Shown: positions 45,501 through 55,045 of the stretch, piece by piece
Layout: each line of letters opens with the position of its first letter
Position numbering within the stretch: the first letter of the stretch is position 1
Source: a virus
Taxonomy: Duplodnaviria > Caudoviricetes
Virus record (IMG/VR): IMGVR_UViG_3300025736_000026
Location: 1-61,347 of that record
Length of the DNA: 61,347 nt
Direction: 5' to 3' (one strand)
Made by a program: the position numbers and the translations under genes
Notes under the pieces: generated by a model
What the model saw: only the letters and a program-made list of their open reading frames with translations
The model's database searches: none
What the model was told of the DNA's origin: nothing

Positions 45501-47732
45501 ATGTATTGGCGCGGGGGAGATTATACCGCTTTCGACGCAGACGAGTTAACGGATGAAACTAGTAATTTCTTTAATAACGGTAAAGTAACTTGGAATATTC
45601 CACATGACTGGGTTCGTACAGATGTTTATGCTGGAGCCTTGGATACATATAGAGCTGTCTATGCTATAAAAGTGCGCAAGGATTCTATGGTATCTGGTAC
45701 GGCCGTTATCTCACAAATTCAAAGAGCTTTTCGTGTAATGGATTCCGACGGTATGGGCGTCGATGTGGCCGTATCGCATGATCAGATACCTTTGGAAGAT
45801 GTTGAAGACGCTGTTGTTATAAAAAAGAATGGCATAATTGGATCTTGGTATCATATGATCGATTATCATACATTAGCCCAAAGAGCCGCAACAGCATTTG
45901 GTTTCCCCGAGAGCTGTCGTACAATCGATGCTATGAAGTATACATGGGATTCTGATAAAATAGGTGTGTGGGGTAAGTTACCTCGAATAACGGGTTCTAA
46001 TAAAATACCTACAGCGCTTGCGTGGGATGATCAAACCTCTACATTATATGTGGGCTTAGAAGATGAGCTATGGCAAGTTCCTGAAAACGGCGACGCGGAA
46101 CGTATTGCGATCGTACCACGTTATGAAGAGTTTATACTGCATATTTTTCGTTTAACTATCACGCAGGATTCCGGTTGTACCTATGTAAGAGGAGTTGCGT
46201 GGAAACCCTATGACGATAAATACTATAACATAGACGAAAATACCCCGCAGTCTGATGATAACAACGCATGGATGAACGCCCCCGCATGCGCATTTAGCTG
46301 CGATACGGAACAATACACATTCGTACATTCGTTCTTAGAAGCTACTGCGGGATGGGATGGTGAGGATTACGCATCTCTATATCCAGGTGTGATGACTACA
46401 AGGTCGGGTAGCCAAAAGCCTGTTGTATGGAGTCCCAGTTCTACTTACAAGGATTGTATGGTCGGGCAAGCTCAAGTGGACGGAGGTCCTATGGAAGCTG
46501 CATGGCCTAATGGAGCCGGCGAAAATATAATTGTACCGTTTACGCATAATAATTATTTACGTCTTGGCCCCTACGGTGTAAAGCCTGGTATGTATCAAGG
46601 TCACGCGCTTGCACGAAAACGCACGGATATTTTTGGATCGGGGCGTATAGGTAATGCATATGGAGATTGGGGCTTTCAATGGAGTTTGACGGGTGGCGGC
46701 TGGTCTATGATCGATACTAAGGGACCTTTTTGGTTACCCTCAGCAGGATTTTATTCACTCCAAGATAACGTGCAAGATTCTACCGTGGGCTATTTTCAGC
46801 CTATGTGGAAGTTAGGGCAGCCGGGTTATGTTGTATGGGATCCTACAAATAAAAAATGGATTGGACGTTTATGGGATGGTAATCCTAGTACGACAGTTTT
46901 AGGCGATGCGTGGTACGATAAATACTTTGATCATTTAGGGAATACTACAACACGTAGTACTCAAGGTAATACACCCCATGCGCAAGTATTACATGCGGCA
47001 TGGGATAGTACAAATCAAACTTTATACGCAAGTATGATCTGGTGGAGAGATCATTTTCAAAATGAGTTAATCAATTCGCGGGCTTGGATTGTAAAATTAA
47101 CTGAGGGGGGCTTCGAGGATAAATGGCTATTTTATAGCGGGGATGCTTTTGAAGAAGGTTCTGCGATGAGTATTAATGTATATACAATGGCTTTAGAACT
47201 TTGCTATAGCGTACAAGAGAACGTTTTTCATGGGTGTATTTTAGATAGAACTACTCTTAAATATTATTACATGGTATATGATCATATAAATAATAAAATG
47301 TACGCTATTGATATAGGAAGCAATCCATACTACCAGCTTAAATCTTTCGCATATAATGCTAATGATAAAAAGATGTATTTCGCCGTATGCGATGTACGCT
47401 TTGGCCAGGTAGGCGCTGTAATAATGCGGGCTGATTTTGACGCAAGTCGTACAGCAGGGCAGTGGCTTGAAATTGAAGAAGTAGGTACTCCAGATGAAAA
47501 TGAATTTGATATACCTACTATGATAGCCGCATCAGATCGCGTGTTGGGTTTTACAGGGCCTCATAAGGGTAATATTTTTCAGATAAGCAGTACATTTTAT
47601 CCGCGTATTCAGTATGCAGATCTGTCTGATATGAATGGGCGCGAGATGTTCGAACATTTATGTGCGCCCCTCGGAATGCATATGCGTGTGCACGAAGATA
47701 ACACTATAAAAATAAAGGATCTACATTTATAA
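42552..47732 (+). CDS. large tail tip protein: beta-helix + CBM-like module fused to hub/Tal middle part
   Basis: YYIDYINGDDGNSGDEGSPWKT (DUF1565-like start), SDIGVYGG, propeller-like region, hub-like end. Confidence 0.75.
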   Translation: MTTYSYYIDYINGDDGNSGDEGSPWKTLVKAKTVLETYYAVNVYVNLYLEPGVHYVEAPFIILNMAGTLNIIGRVDSNGVFPTVLIRGSYSDLGYRGQFDIRMYELFTAALSVKRIIFKFYGYVESTPTPTGDTFAANWRARYTEVSQCAFLGRPSPITNSVHQSGLKLFANAGGSHYPRYFYNCVFDHFYRGVMLRAYYDPTHPYASNILPYYFKNCSLSNIRGIVLQTPDYVGVLEVWPFFDEACALKAFNCNFYNCGDYLSTRTYKGKLIHEYTDISTLDPSFLNQAARGTIANYIEDRIEVPVPGAFDAYCYPVQRHKWAQSGSVDSYTGSAFPVFDYVLGDCGDTVYIESPDAIAIDADTRQYLVIEGVVQMQSGDDNNNPFIQYKIGSTWYTKILGQNDLYVFDSALDIENEQPQTVTVDMSGEGDWSGTVTQLRFGAWKTAVAGQDPRSACLHSIIPLTTSTYDALGFERIYPDSDFVDVGIPALFDDYIDSLFAYIGRGVAFSDIGVYGGVADESHDGEASARLGRAVGEPESSTPRTGYVTTEGLLLDTRGGRCVGAEPSITTVGFTSMSERLIELGDMRKSITGQTLQRTACDSTTAEFDNEDSALYDEDNEEGILYPTTFDGTLTAVANDILRDTAQDFTGFTLTGFCEILSGKAIGKRYYIIFSDTNSWAVLPDFEDSFSTNPEADGVQAGDFYRIDASYEIWFQIHTGYRNLPSDRLLWMGGIANQKQIDHALASKSVIARILGFEKVLETYDAFDVCREEGLFYFISGIKALRYVPSAYTPLQYGPRIVEFKWKSARIEGAEIYEVQVGNKPGLKTLEYRPPYYFRYDGGPWYERQGEQTEYLYDAEGNTISVKHSGRYPDECGSIFFIVQDEYKPYVHKEGLPTLRLGEGLPIELSRSFVAVLLHENGSWTDITDRVTYGKHVNVDENSLVSCLAGYDSEIYLLCSKPFTGFDLTLDKSSTFSGWLSYMYWRGGDYTAFDADELTDETSNFFNNGKVTWNIPHDWVRTDVYAGALDTYRAVYAIKVRKDSMVSGTAVISQIQRAFRVMDSDGMGVDVAVSHDQIPLEDVEDAVVIKKNGIIGSWYHMIDYHTLAQRAATAFGFPESCRTIDAMKYTWDSDKIGVWGKLPRITGSNKIPTALAWDDQTSTLYVGLEDELWQVPENGDAERIAIVPRYEEFILHIFRLTITQDSGCTYVRGVAWKPYDDKYYNIDENTPQSDDNNAWMNAPACAFSCDTEQYTFVHSFLEATAGWDGEDYASLYPGVMTTRSGSQKPVVWSPSSTYKDCMVGQAQVDGGPMEAAWPNGAGENIIVPFTHNNYLRLGPYGVKPGMYQGHALARKRTDIFGSGRIGNAYGDWGFQWSLTGGGWSMIDTKGPFWLPSAGFYSLQDNVQDSTVGYFQPMWKLGQPGYVVWDPTNKKWIGRLWDGNPSTTVLGDAWYDKYFDHLGNTTTRSTQGNTPHAQVLHAAWDSTNQTLYASMIWWRDHFQNELINSRAWIVKLTEGGFEDKWLFYSGDAFEEGSAMSINVYTMALELCYSVQENVFHGCILDRTTLKYYYMVYDHINNKMYAIDIGSNPYYQLKSFAYNANDKKMYFAVCDVRFGQVGAVIMRADFDASRTAGQWLEIEEVGTPDENEFDIPTMIAASDRVLGFTGPHKGNIFQISSTFYPRIQYADLSDMNGREMFEHLCAPLGMHMRVHEDNTIKIKDLHL

Positions 47733-49963
47733 TGGCTACGCATTACGTATATCCTTATACCGGTGACGATTTAGGCGCCGTTATAATATCCGCGAACGAT
47801 GGTGATACAATTATCGTAATGCCGGGTACTCATATAATATCAGTACCTGATACTACTACGGGGATTCCATGTAATAAAAGTTTGCTTATTGAAGGTCGTG
47901 TCGATGCACAAGGCTCGTTGCCTGTTGTAGAAATAGGTCATGTATATAGGGCGCATCAAATTATCGAAGTAGATAACGCGAGTGCTCTTTTACATATAAA
48001 ACGTATCGTATTTAGATATTGGGGTGTAAATGCTCAGCCCGTAGGTAAAACTTATAGACCCCTTATTTATTATAAAAATGCTTTAGGCGTACAATTAGAA
48101 CAAGTTGCTATTATAGGACCCGGACGTAACGATTATAGCGGTAACTGGCCTATAGGAATAAATTGTGATGTGGTAGGCTCACAAGGTATTTTAATACGTA
48201 ATTGTACCTTCGCACAGCTTAATATTGTGATAAGAATACAATCCAACTCCGGGCAACACATCGTAAATGATTGTGCATTTCAAACTATTAATGAATACAT
48301 ATCCTATTTACTAACAAATCAAAAACTTACGTTTAGTTATTGCAATTTCGAGGATTGTCCTACACCGCGCCATTATGAAGATTCAGGAGCCTCGGCTACT
48401 GAATCTAATACTACTACACATGAAACACGCATGTGGGCTAGTGAAGGTATAACGCAACGTTTGTATGGAATTAGTACTGAAGGATGGTCAGTAGGTTCTG
48501 GAGTCGTATATGCGGCGTACGGGATGAATCGCTTAGCTTTTGGATATTATACGTGGAGTAGCGGTGAAGGAGGTTCTCATCAAGGCCCTTATGTATTTAT
48601 GCTTAAAGATGTTGACGTAGCAATCAATCCCTTTAAGTATAAACACGTTTATGTTGGAGCCGTCACGGTAATTCCTAATTCGATGCTAGGCGTGAATAGA
48701 CCTTTTTTGAAGTGGAAGCAAGGAGGTAACTGGTATTCATCTACGTGGGATTATGATGATGGTTATACACGTAGAGACGATTTTCTTGATGGGCGTGATG
48801 TTCCTTTGTATAAAACGCCTTTACATATACTGCATAAAGATTTATCTAAAGATTCTAACTGGATTAATACGATTACGCAATTATCCTACGGACCTTTTCA
48901 TGAATTTAACGCTACTTTTCCATATATAGCATGGACCGCATTAGGTTTTATATTGGTGACTACGCACGAACTTGCATGGGATGATTTGTATGAAAAGCTT
49001 ATTCAAATGGGTTTCGGCTATTTAGAGTCTGGGGATTCTAAGCTGATTAACATAGGTAGTCCGGATAGATACGATGATCGGTTAAGTCCCTACTCTGAGT
49101 TTTATATGGGTAAACTCGGTCCTATGCATGATATAGGTGCCTATGGAGGTTTAACAACTAAACCTTACATACAAGGCAGACCTTATTTTGAGGATCTCTT
49201 ACCCACTACGGATCAAACGTTAAGTAATTTAACATCTGTATCTATACATTTAAAATACAATCCGATAACATATATTGACGTCGATTGGGCCTCTATACAA
49301 GTAGAAGCTTTTGGATTTGTTTATACACAAGCTAATCCTACGGATGTAAACGCTACCTTAACTTTAACGGGTACAATACGAGATGTTCTTATAACTCTTA
49401 CATTAGTAGATTCTATACCTTCAGATCCATTCATTGTAGTTTTTAGAGGAACGGATGCCTCTGGTACAGAAGCCGACCCTGTAATAGCTACTTATTATGT
49501 ATGGGAGGGTCGAGGTACTATTGACAAACCTTTTACAATAGATCCTACGATGGGTATTGCTGCCTATGCTGAGCCGGGTCCAGTACCTAAGCGTTGGGAG
49601 CATTGTTACGATAAAGTTACCGTAAGTTGGGCATTTGAAAATGAGAGCGGTGAAACAATACGAGGTGTTGCGAGGGGTGAACAAAGGACCCTTGCATTAG
49701 ATAGTAATCCTTTTATACAGATACAGAATTTATCGGGGCATGCTGCTGATATGCTTTTATGTAAATTTGGACGCGAACGAAAAGCTTTAACTCAGGTATT
49801 ACCTTTTGCACCCTTTTTAGATCCATTTGATATAGTACAATTGTTATACCCGACACGTTTTTATCCTTTAAATAGAGACCGTAAATGGGTACTTGCAGAA
49901 TTAAGATTATCATCTAAAACAGGCAAACTCAGTATAAAAGGATTGGAAAGTCATGAGTCTTAA
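47732..49963 (+). CDS. tail protein: paralogous beta-helix module fused to hub/Tal C-terminal part
   Basis: ANDGDTIIVMPGTH, HDIGAYGG, C-terminal YDKVTVSW...SNPFIQ...PFLDPFDIV. Confidence 0.75.
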   Translation: MATHYVYPYTGDDLGAVIISANDGDTIIVMPGTHIISVPDTTTGIPCNKSLLIEGRVDAQGSLPVVEIGHVYRAHQIIEVDNASALLHIKRIVFRYWGVNAQPVGKTYRPLIYYKNALGVQLEQVAIIGPGRNDYSGNWPIGINCDVVGSQGILIRNCTFAQLNIVIRIQSNSGQHIVNDCAFQTINEYISYLLTNQKLTFSYCNFEDCPTPRHYEDSGASATESNTTTHETRMWASEGITQRLYGISTEGWSVGSGVVYAAYGMNRLAFGYYTWSSGEGGSHQGPYVFMLKDVDVAINPFKYKHVYVGAVTVIPNSMLGVNRPFLKWKQGGNWYSSTWDYDDGYTRRDDFLDGRDVPLYKTPLHILHKDLSKDSNWINTITQLSYGPFHEFNATFPYIAWTALGFILVTTHELAWDDLYEKLIQMGFGYLESGDSKLINIGSPDRYDDRLSPYSEFYMGKLGPMHDIGAYGGLTTKPYIQGRPYFEDLLPTTDQTLSNLTSVSIHLKYNPITYIDVDWASIQVEAFGFVYTQANPTDVNATLTLTGTIRDVLITLTLVDSIPSDPFIVVFRGTDASGTEADPVIATYYVWEGRGTIDKPFTIDPTMGIAAYAEPGPVPKRWEHCYDKVTVSWAFENESGETIRGVARGEQRTLALDSNPFIQIQNLSGHAADMLLCKFGRERKALTQVLPFAPFLDPFDIVQLLYPTRFYPLNRDRKWVLAELRLSSKTGKLSIKGLESHES

Positions 49964-50822
49964 CTGGTCGACAGTTCTCGGAGGGTCAGGCCGCCCACGA
50001 TTTCTTATTTGCGGCTCTGAACTTATTGCCAATCAAAGTTTTGAGGCTAATACTAATGGATGGGCTGGTTCGCCTAGCGCAAGTAAAATTTCGCGTGTAT
50101 TAGACTCTGATACTTTCTGGGGAGATTATTCATGTAAAATCGTAGACGCTGGAGCGCAAGTATCGCGTTCTAGAGCTCGATATGCAATACAGGAATCTTC
50201 GGCGTTGGCTGGAAGATCTTATGCGTTATCTTTCTATGTTAAGGGTGCTGCTGCTGCAACTTGTAGTGTATTAATATCCGCTGTAGATGAATCCCTTGCA
50301 GCGCAGACGAAAGTTATTACGGCAGACTATAAACATTTTTTCGGAGTCTTTGCTTTTACGACGTCTACTTTACAAGCATTTAATGTCGATATTTTTGCGG
50401 TGGCTGGAGGCAGTTACGCGAATGATACTTATATAGATAAAGTTTCCTGTAGAAGTATTACGACAGATTTATATTCGGAATTTCCATATAATCCGAATAA
50501 AAATGAGCCTATCTACGATGAAGATATTATGTCTTCAGCGCGTCTTGTAGATGGTACTTTAAAAGAATACGTTAAAGGTTGGGCACCTAATTTCGTATTG
50601 GAATATGATTATCTCGATGCTCAGACTGAGTATTATAGATTACTTTTATCCGAAGCGGCTTTTGTATGGTTGCAACCACATTACGATTATGAATACTGGG
50701 TGGCGGTTAAATGGGATAGAAGATTTGAGCAAAAATATTTCGGAGACGTTTATGCAGGTCATGTGGGTAAGATGATATTCAAACCTATATTCTTGTTAGA
50801 AAGTAAACCTTTAAGCGTGTAG
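49953..50822 (+). CDS. distal-tail-like (Dit) protein with inserted carbohydrate-binding module
   Basis: ELIANQSFEANTNGW...LSFYVKG...YIDKVS (CBM4/9-like); SARLVDGTL. Confidence 0.6.
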   Translation: MSLNWSTVLGGSGRPRFLICGSELIANQSFEANTNGWAGSPSASKISRVLDSDTFWGDYSCKIVDAGAQVSRSRARYAIQESSALAGRSYALSFYVKGAAAATCSVLISAVDESLAAQTKVITADYKHFFGVFAFTTSTLQAFNVDIFAVAGGSYANDTYIDKVSCRSITTDLYSEFPYNPNKNEPIYDEDIMSSARLVDGTLKEYVKGWAPNFVLEYDYLDAQTEYYRLLLSEAAFVWLQPHYDYEYWVAVKWDRRFEQKYFGDVYAGHVGKMIFKPIFLLESKPLSV

Positions 50823-50835
50823 GAGGTAAAATAAA

Positions 50836-51402
50836 ATGAAATGGTCTACTATAATTTATACGGTACTTTTAATTGTATTATCATTTTTCACGGTTTTATA
50901 CTTTGTCAAACCTCGAAAGATTGAGGTTATCGTTGAAAAGCCCGTTTGGGATCATATCCCCGATGAAGTTCTTGTACGATTCGCTCCCGTACCTCCTGAT
51001 ACAACGTGGAAAGTAGAAATGGCCGAGTTAATCGAACGTATTGGGGAGTTGGAAAGCGATGTTGAAGAACTTCCAGCGAAGATTGGTCCTGATACTACGT
51101 TTGTACCATCTGAGGTATCTCCCACGGAACTTATAGTATCGCAAAAAACATTTCGTGAGGTATTACTAGGCACTGAGGGTAGATCTTTGGTGGATGTAGA
51201 ATCCGTTGTAAAAGCCTACGGATTTATGCCCGCAAAGTATTTTGAGAATAATTTAAGTATAACGCCCCATAAAGAAAATCTTATTAAAGAATATTTTGAG
51301 AAGATTCCCAAGCCTAAGTCCAAATTCTGGACGGGTGTTGGGATCGGGGCTGGCACACTTGGAGGACTCATCCTCGTAGGTTTTCTTACAGGAGCTTTCT
51401 AA
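50836..51402 (+). CDS. membrane-anchored lysis accessory (spanin-like) protein
   Basis: N- and C-terminal TM segments, coiled coil, near endolysin. Confidence 0.5.
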   Translation: MKWSTIIYTVLLIVLSFFTVLYFVKPRKIEVIVEKPVWDHIPDEVLVRFAPVPPDTTWKVEMAELIERIGELESDVEELPAKIGPDTTFVPSEVSPTELIVSQKTFREVLLGTEGRSLVDVESVVKAYGFMPAKYFENNLSITPHKENLIKEYFEKIPKPKSKFWTGVGIGAGTLGGLILVGFLTGAF

Positions 51403-51803
51403 TGGACGTTCGCAAATTGTATAATGCAGTACGCTACTACGGACTCGACGCGCAAGCAGTACGCGATTTAATTGAGGATCGTTTTTATCCGTCTGAGCTC
51501 GCGAAGGTATCCAATCCTGTATACCCCTGCGCGAACTTGGAAGTTTTACAGGGGCATGCCGTAGGTCGTACGAAAGAAACTTTCGATGGAACTTTACAAA
51601 TATGGGGTTGGTCGACCGATGGTTATGATGAAGCCAGCAAAATCTTAAATACTTTGGAAACTCAATTGGCTAACGCTCGTATCGAAGCGATTGAGATGTT
51701 CGCTGTGCTAACTATTAGATTAACCGCGCAGCAATTATACGATGAAACAGCCAAGGCTTACGGATATGTCATGCGCTATGATGTATTTGCTATTGAAAGA
51801 TAA
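51402..51803 (+). CDS. tail terminator-like protein (DUF3168/gp17-like)
   Basis: RFYP...YPC...LQIWGWS...YDEA pattern. Confidence 0.7.
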   Translation: MDVRKLYNAVRYYGLDAQAVRDLIEDRFYPSELAKVSNPVYPCANLEVLQGHAVGRTKETFDGTLQIWGWSTDGYDEASKILNTLETQLANARIEAIEMFAVLTIRLTAQQLYDETAKAYGYVMRYDVFAIER

Positions 51804-51831
51804 TTTATGCGTATTTGGAAGGAGCATTACG

Positions 51832-52374
51832 ATGTCAAAAGAAGCCCGCGTAAAACCTATTAAGCTTACGGATAATTTCTATTTAGACGAGTTCGCGGCG
51901 TCAGAACAATATCCAGAGCTAGCCTCGCAGATTACTTTCGATGCCCTTGAAAAGTATAAGAGTTTTTTCATCGCCAAGCTACTCCTACAACCTGTACGTG
52001 ATAAATTTCAATGTCCTATGGCTATTACGTCCGGAAAACGTTCTCAAGAGTTAAATACTAAAATCGGAGGTAGTAAAACTTCACAGCATGTTTTATGCGA
52101 GGCTGCTGATTGGGGTTTTTTAGATCCCACGTATAATAATAACTTGCTAATACAAGCATTCGATTTTATCGAAGTGCATCTTCAACATAACTGGCATCAA
52201 GTTATATTATATATAACAGATGATTATCGTACAAGATTTATACATGTATCTATACCCAGCTATTTGAACTCTAAGAAGCCCAAGGCGATGTTAAATTTTA
52301 AAGGTAGATTCTATATCTGGAACGCTACCACTATAAAAGAGTTTTACAATAAAATAATGAATACGATATCATAA
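51832..52374 (+). CDS. endolysin, peptidase M15 family
   Basis: LTDNFYLDEF, ITSGKRS..LN..IGGS.TSQH...AAD, FIHVS. Confidence 0.9.
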   Translation: MSKEARVKPIKLTDNFYLDEFAASEQYPELASQITFDALEKYKSFFIAKLLLQPVRDKFQCPMAITSGKRSQELNTKIGGSKTSQHVLCEAADWGFLDPTYNNNLLIQAFDFIEVHLQHNWHQVILYITDDYRTRFIHVSIPSYLNSKKPKAMLNFKGRFYIWNATTIKEFYNKIMNTIS

Positions 52375-52398
52375 TGTAAAAATAGGGAGATAACTACG

Positions 52399-52515
52399 GT
52401 GGCGACAAAAAGTGTTCCGAAACGGGACGGTTCGGGTAAAGGTACACGAGCCAATCAAGGACGCGGTGGATGTCCTACTACGCGTAAAACGGGTCAAGGT
52501 AGTGGCCGAAAGTAA
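52399..52515 (+). CDS. 38-aa Gly/Arg/Lys-rich basic peptide
   Basis: AGGGAG RBS; (M)ATKSVPKRDGSGKGTRANQGRGGCPTTRKTGQGSGRK; not in track. Confidence 0.6.
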   Translation: MATKSVPKRDGSGKGTRANQGRGGCPTTRKTGQGSGRK

Positions 52516-52756
52516 AACGCTACAGCGTATAAAGGCGTTCGACAAAACAGTTCGAACGCCTTTACCTCGCTATGCTAAAATATCGGTCTTGCGAAGATTC
52601 TTGCGTGCATTTATCCCGCAAATACCCGCGGCAGTGTTAGCGGGTATTAAAGCGGATAGTTTTTGGGTAGGCTTCGGCCTCACAGTACTCGGAGCATCTG
52701 GGACTGCCTTGGATAAATGTTTGCGCGAAAAGAAAAGAGTGCGGGATGCGTTATAA
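52502..52756 (+). CDS. putative holin
   Basis: RRFLRAFI + hydrophobic helices + ALDKCLR; start probably GTG 52502 rather than 52412. Confidence 0.55.
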   Translation: MAESKTLQRIKAFDKTVRTPLPRYAKISVLRRFLRAFIPQIPAAVLAGIKADSFWVGFGLTVLGASGTALDKCLREKKRVRDAL

Positions 52757-53519
52757 CGTAGATCTACGTAAAGAGCCTATAAATATCGCTTTTATTGTAT
52801 TGGACTCTCTTCGTTACGATATCGCATATAAAGCGTTAACGCCTAATATAGATAAATTAGGTAAATTTACGCAAGCATGGTCTTGTGGATGGTTTACGCT
52901 ACCTGTACATCTTGCATTATTTCATAACGCATGGCTTCCGCAAAGTACGAAGCCCGGAATCTATAATTATAAAACCGAGCGTTGGTTTCAAGTATTTAAC
53001 GTGCGTACACACCATCCAGGTTTGGGCATACGACATCATTATCGTATACATGATGATGTTAATTTTGTGAAAGCTTTAGAAAGCTTAGGCTACGAAACCG
53101 TCGGTATAGGCGGGGTTAGTTGGTTTGATACTCGTGCGTGTTTATCGCGAGAAATTTGGCGACAATTTTTTAAAGATGGAATTCATTGGCAAACGGATTT
53201 CTCCGAAAAAGTTTCCGGAGCATTTGAGAACCAATTAGCGTACATGGAAGGTTTATTGTTACCTAAGAAAGAAAAATTATTCTTCTTTATAAATATTTCG
53301 GATACACATATGCCCTATTCATTCAGAGGTCAGATGCCCGCAATACACTATGTAGATAGCCATTTTCCAAAATTATTGTCACTGTTACCGAAACCTATAC
53401 ATATTTTTGTATTCGCCGACCATGGAGATTGTCGCGGTGAAGATGGACTGTACGGGCACAAAATATATCATCCAAAACTTTTAGAAGTACCTATTCTTAA
53501 TAGAATTATAGAGGCGTAG
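52746..53519 (+). CDS. sulfatase/alkaline-phosphatase superfamily enzyme
   Basis: IVLDSLRYD, FTLPVH (Thr nucleophile), THMPY, ADHG, GH...EVP. Confidence 0.85.
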   Translation: MRYNVDLRKEPINIAFIVLDSLRYDIAYKALTPNIDKLGKFTQAWSCGWFTLPVHLALFHNAWLPQSTKPGIYNYKTERWFQVFNVRTHHPGLGIRHHYRIHDDVNFVKALESLGYETVGIGGVSWFDTRACLSREIWRQFFKDGIHWQTDFSEKVSGAFENQLAYMEGLLLPKKEKLFFFINISDTHMPYSFRGQMPAIHYVDSHFPKLLSLLPKPIHIFVFADHGDCRGEDGLYGHKIYHPKLLEVPILNRIIEA

Positions 53520-53567
53520 TAGCCTCTTAATGCCATAAGGCAAGAATTCAAAAAAAGGAGTAACATC

Positions 53568-53882
53568 ATGAATGAGAAATTCAAAATCCTGGCAGCGAAG
53601 TTCACCGCAGTCGCCTCATCCGGTCTGAATCCGGTTTTTTTGATGGTTATGGGCTACATCTCCAACGTTCTCCTGATGCTGTACAATACCGGTGCAGAGA
53701 ATGCAACCGTCGTCCGGATCGTGCGGATCATGTCCTTTGCGGTGAACGAATTCGAAGCTGAACTCCGTGACGCCGTCGCAAAATCGCCGACACCTTATGA
53801 CGATAAGCTCATTGATGAGCTGTTCGAAGTCGTCGATGAAGTTCTGGGAGATGTCGATGCAGTTCTGGAAGATGGGGCCTAA
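53568..53882 (+). CDS. hypothetical protein
   Basis: AAGGAG RBS; GC-rich codons; SPTPYDD motif. Confidence 0.75.
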   Translation: MNEKFKILAAKFTAVASSGLNPVFLMVMGYISNVLLMLYNTGAENATVVRIVRIMSFAVNEFEAELRDAVAKSPTPYDDKLIDELFEVVDEVLGDVDAVLEDGA

Positions 53883-54742
53883 AAGAGTTGTGCTAACGTA
53901 ACCTTTTGAGCTTCAGCGATTAGTTTTAGAAGGACCTCGCGATTCATATCAGCGGGGTCCTTTTCTTTTGGGAGAGTAACGTTGCAAACGTCTATGGTAG
54001 GAAATATTTTACGTGAGGCTTGATACATACCGCGTTTGCCTGCGCGATCTGGATCGAATACAAGCGTAATACGTTTTGGATGTAAGCGATTGATAAGGTC
54101 TACTCTATATGTCGATAAAGCAGTACCCATTGTCGCGATTGCATTGAAACCGACGCGCATCGCGTCGAAAAGCCCTTCTACAATTACGATATGATCATAA
54201 TGTTTAGCCCGGTCCCAATTATAAAAAATTTGAGCATAAACACCTGAACCCGCGCGGTTCTTGTATTTGGGTTTTGCATTATTTAAAGTACGTGCCTGTA
54301 ACGCTACTAAACGTCCGTTAAAATGTACAAGTATAACAAGACGGTCTTCGAAAGCCCCATGCGTACAATAGCCTAATTCCCAACCTTGCAAGTCTTCCCA
54401 ACGAAAATTTTTATCCCGCAAGAGATTTCTAATAAGAGGCTTTTCACGTATTAAAGAATGAAATATATTTTTTGGCTGGGGCATCAGCTCTATATATCCG
54501 GGAGGGACTCGAATTAACTGTAGCGTGGCTGGAGGCACCAGACGTATGTTATTGCTAAGGTCTTTTCGAGGCCCTCCCCCGGAATTACATACTTGACAGA
54601 AATATTTTAATGTTGAACGGTTTACATAAAATTTACCATCCGCCTCACAAAAAGGGCATGTGAAACACATTTCATTTGCGTTGGAGCGTCTTTCGATAGA
54701 CTCACTAGTTTCTACGAATTTTTCGATGTTAAAATAGGACAT
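53879..54742 (-). CDS. DNA primase (Zn finger + TOPRIM)
   Basis: CPFC...CQVC, PKYKN, IVEGLFDA, FDPDRAG, KDPAD. Confidence 0.92.
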   Translation of the reverse strand: MSYFNIEKFVETSESIERRSNANEMCFTCPFCEADGKFYVNRSTLKYFCQVCNSGGGPRKDLSNNIRLVPPATLQLIRVPPGYIELMPQPKNIFHSLIREKPLIRNLLRDKNFRWEDLQGWELGYCTHGAFEDRLVILVHFNGRLVALQARTLNNAKPKYKNRAGSGVYAQIFYNWDRAKHYDHIVIVEGLFDAMRVGFNAIATMGTALSTYRVDLINRLHPKRITLVFDPDRAGKRGMYQASRKIFPTIDVCNVTLPKEKDPADMNREVLLKLIAEAQKVTLAQLF

Positions 54743-54743
54743 C

Positions 54744-55043
54744 TCAATCTCTTATGTCTAACGTAATACGTCCCTCGTTATCGATAGTAAGAAGCGTTTG
54801 CATAATTACATGCTCACCTATATAAAATATTTCTTCGCGTCTATACGTGCTCATATCAGTTTTTATAGATACTTCTTTTGTGAGACCTATAGGTATATTA
54901 GCTAATGTACAACTCTCCGCACTAGGTATTTCGATTATATTAAGTTTTGACCGTAGATAAGCCTCAACTTTTGTATCAGCCGTATAAGTATTTATGCGTA
55001 TATCATTAGTTATATCAAAAATGCTTTCCGGTAAACTTATCAT
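54744..55043 (-). CDS. hypothetical protein
   Basis: GGAGGT RBS. Confidence 0.65.
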   Translation of the reverse strand: MISLPESIFDITNDIRINTYTADTKVEAYLRSKLNIIEIPSAESCTLANIPIGLTKEVSIKTDMSTYRREEIFYIGEHVIMQTLLTIDNEGRITLDIRD

Positions 55044-55045
55044 GT

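Noticed and set aside
42552-49963. Diversity-generating retroelement or invertible tail-fibre cassette
   Set aside because: No reverse transcriptase or invertase; the duplicated modules are diverged protein paralogs, not near-identical TR/VR pairs.
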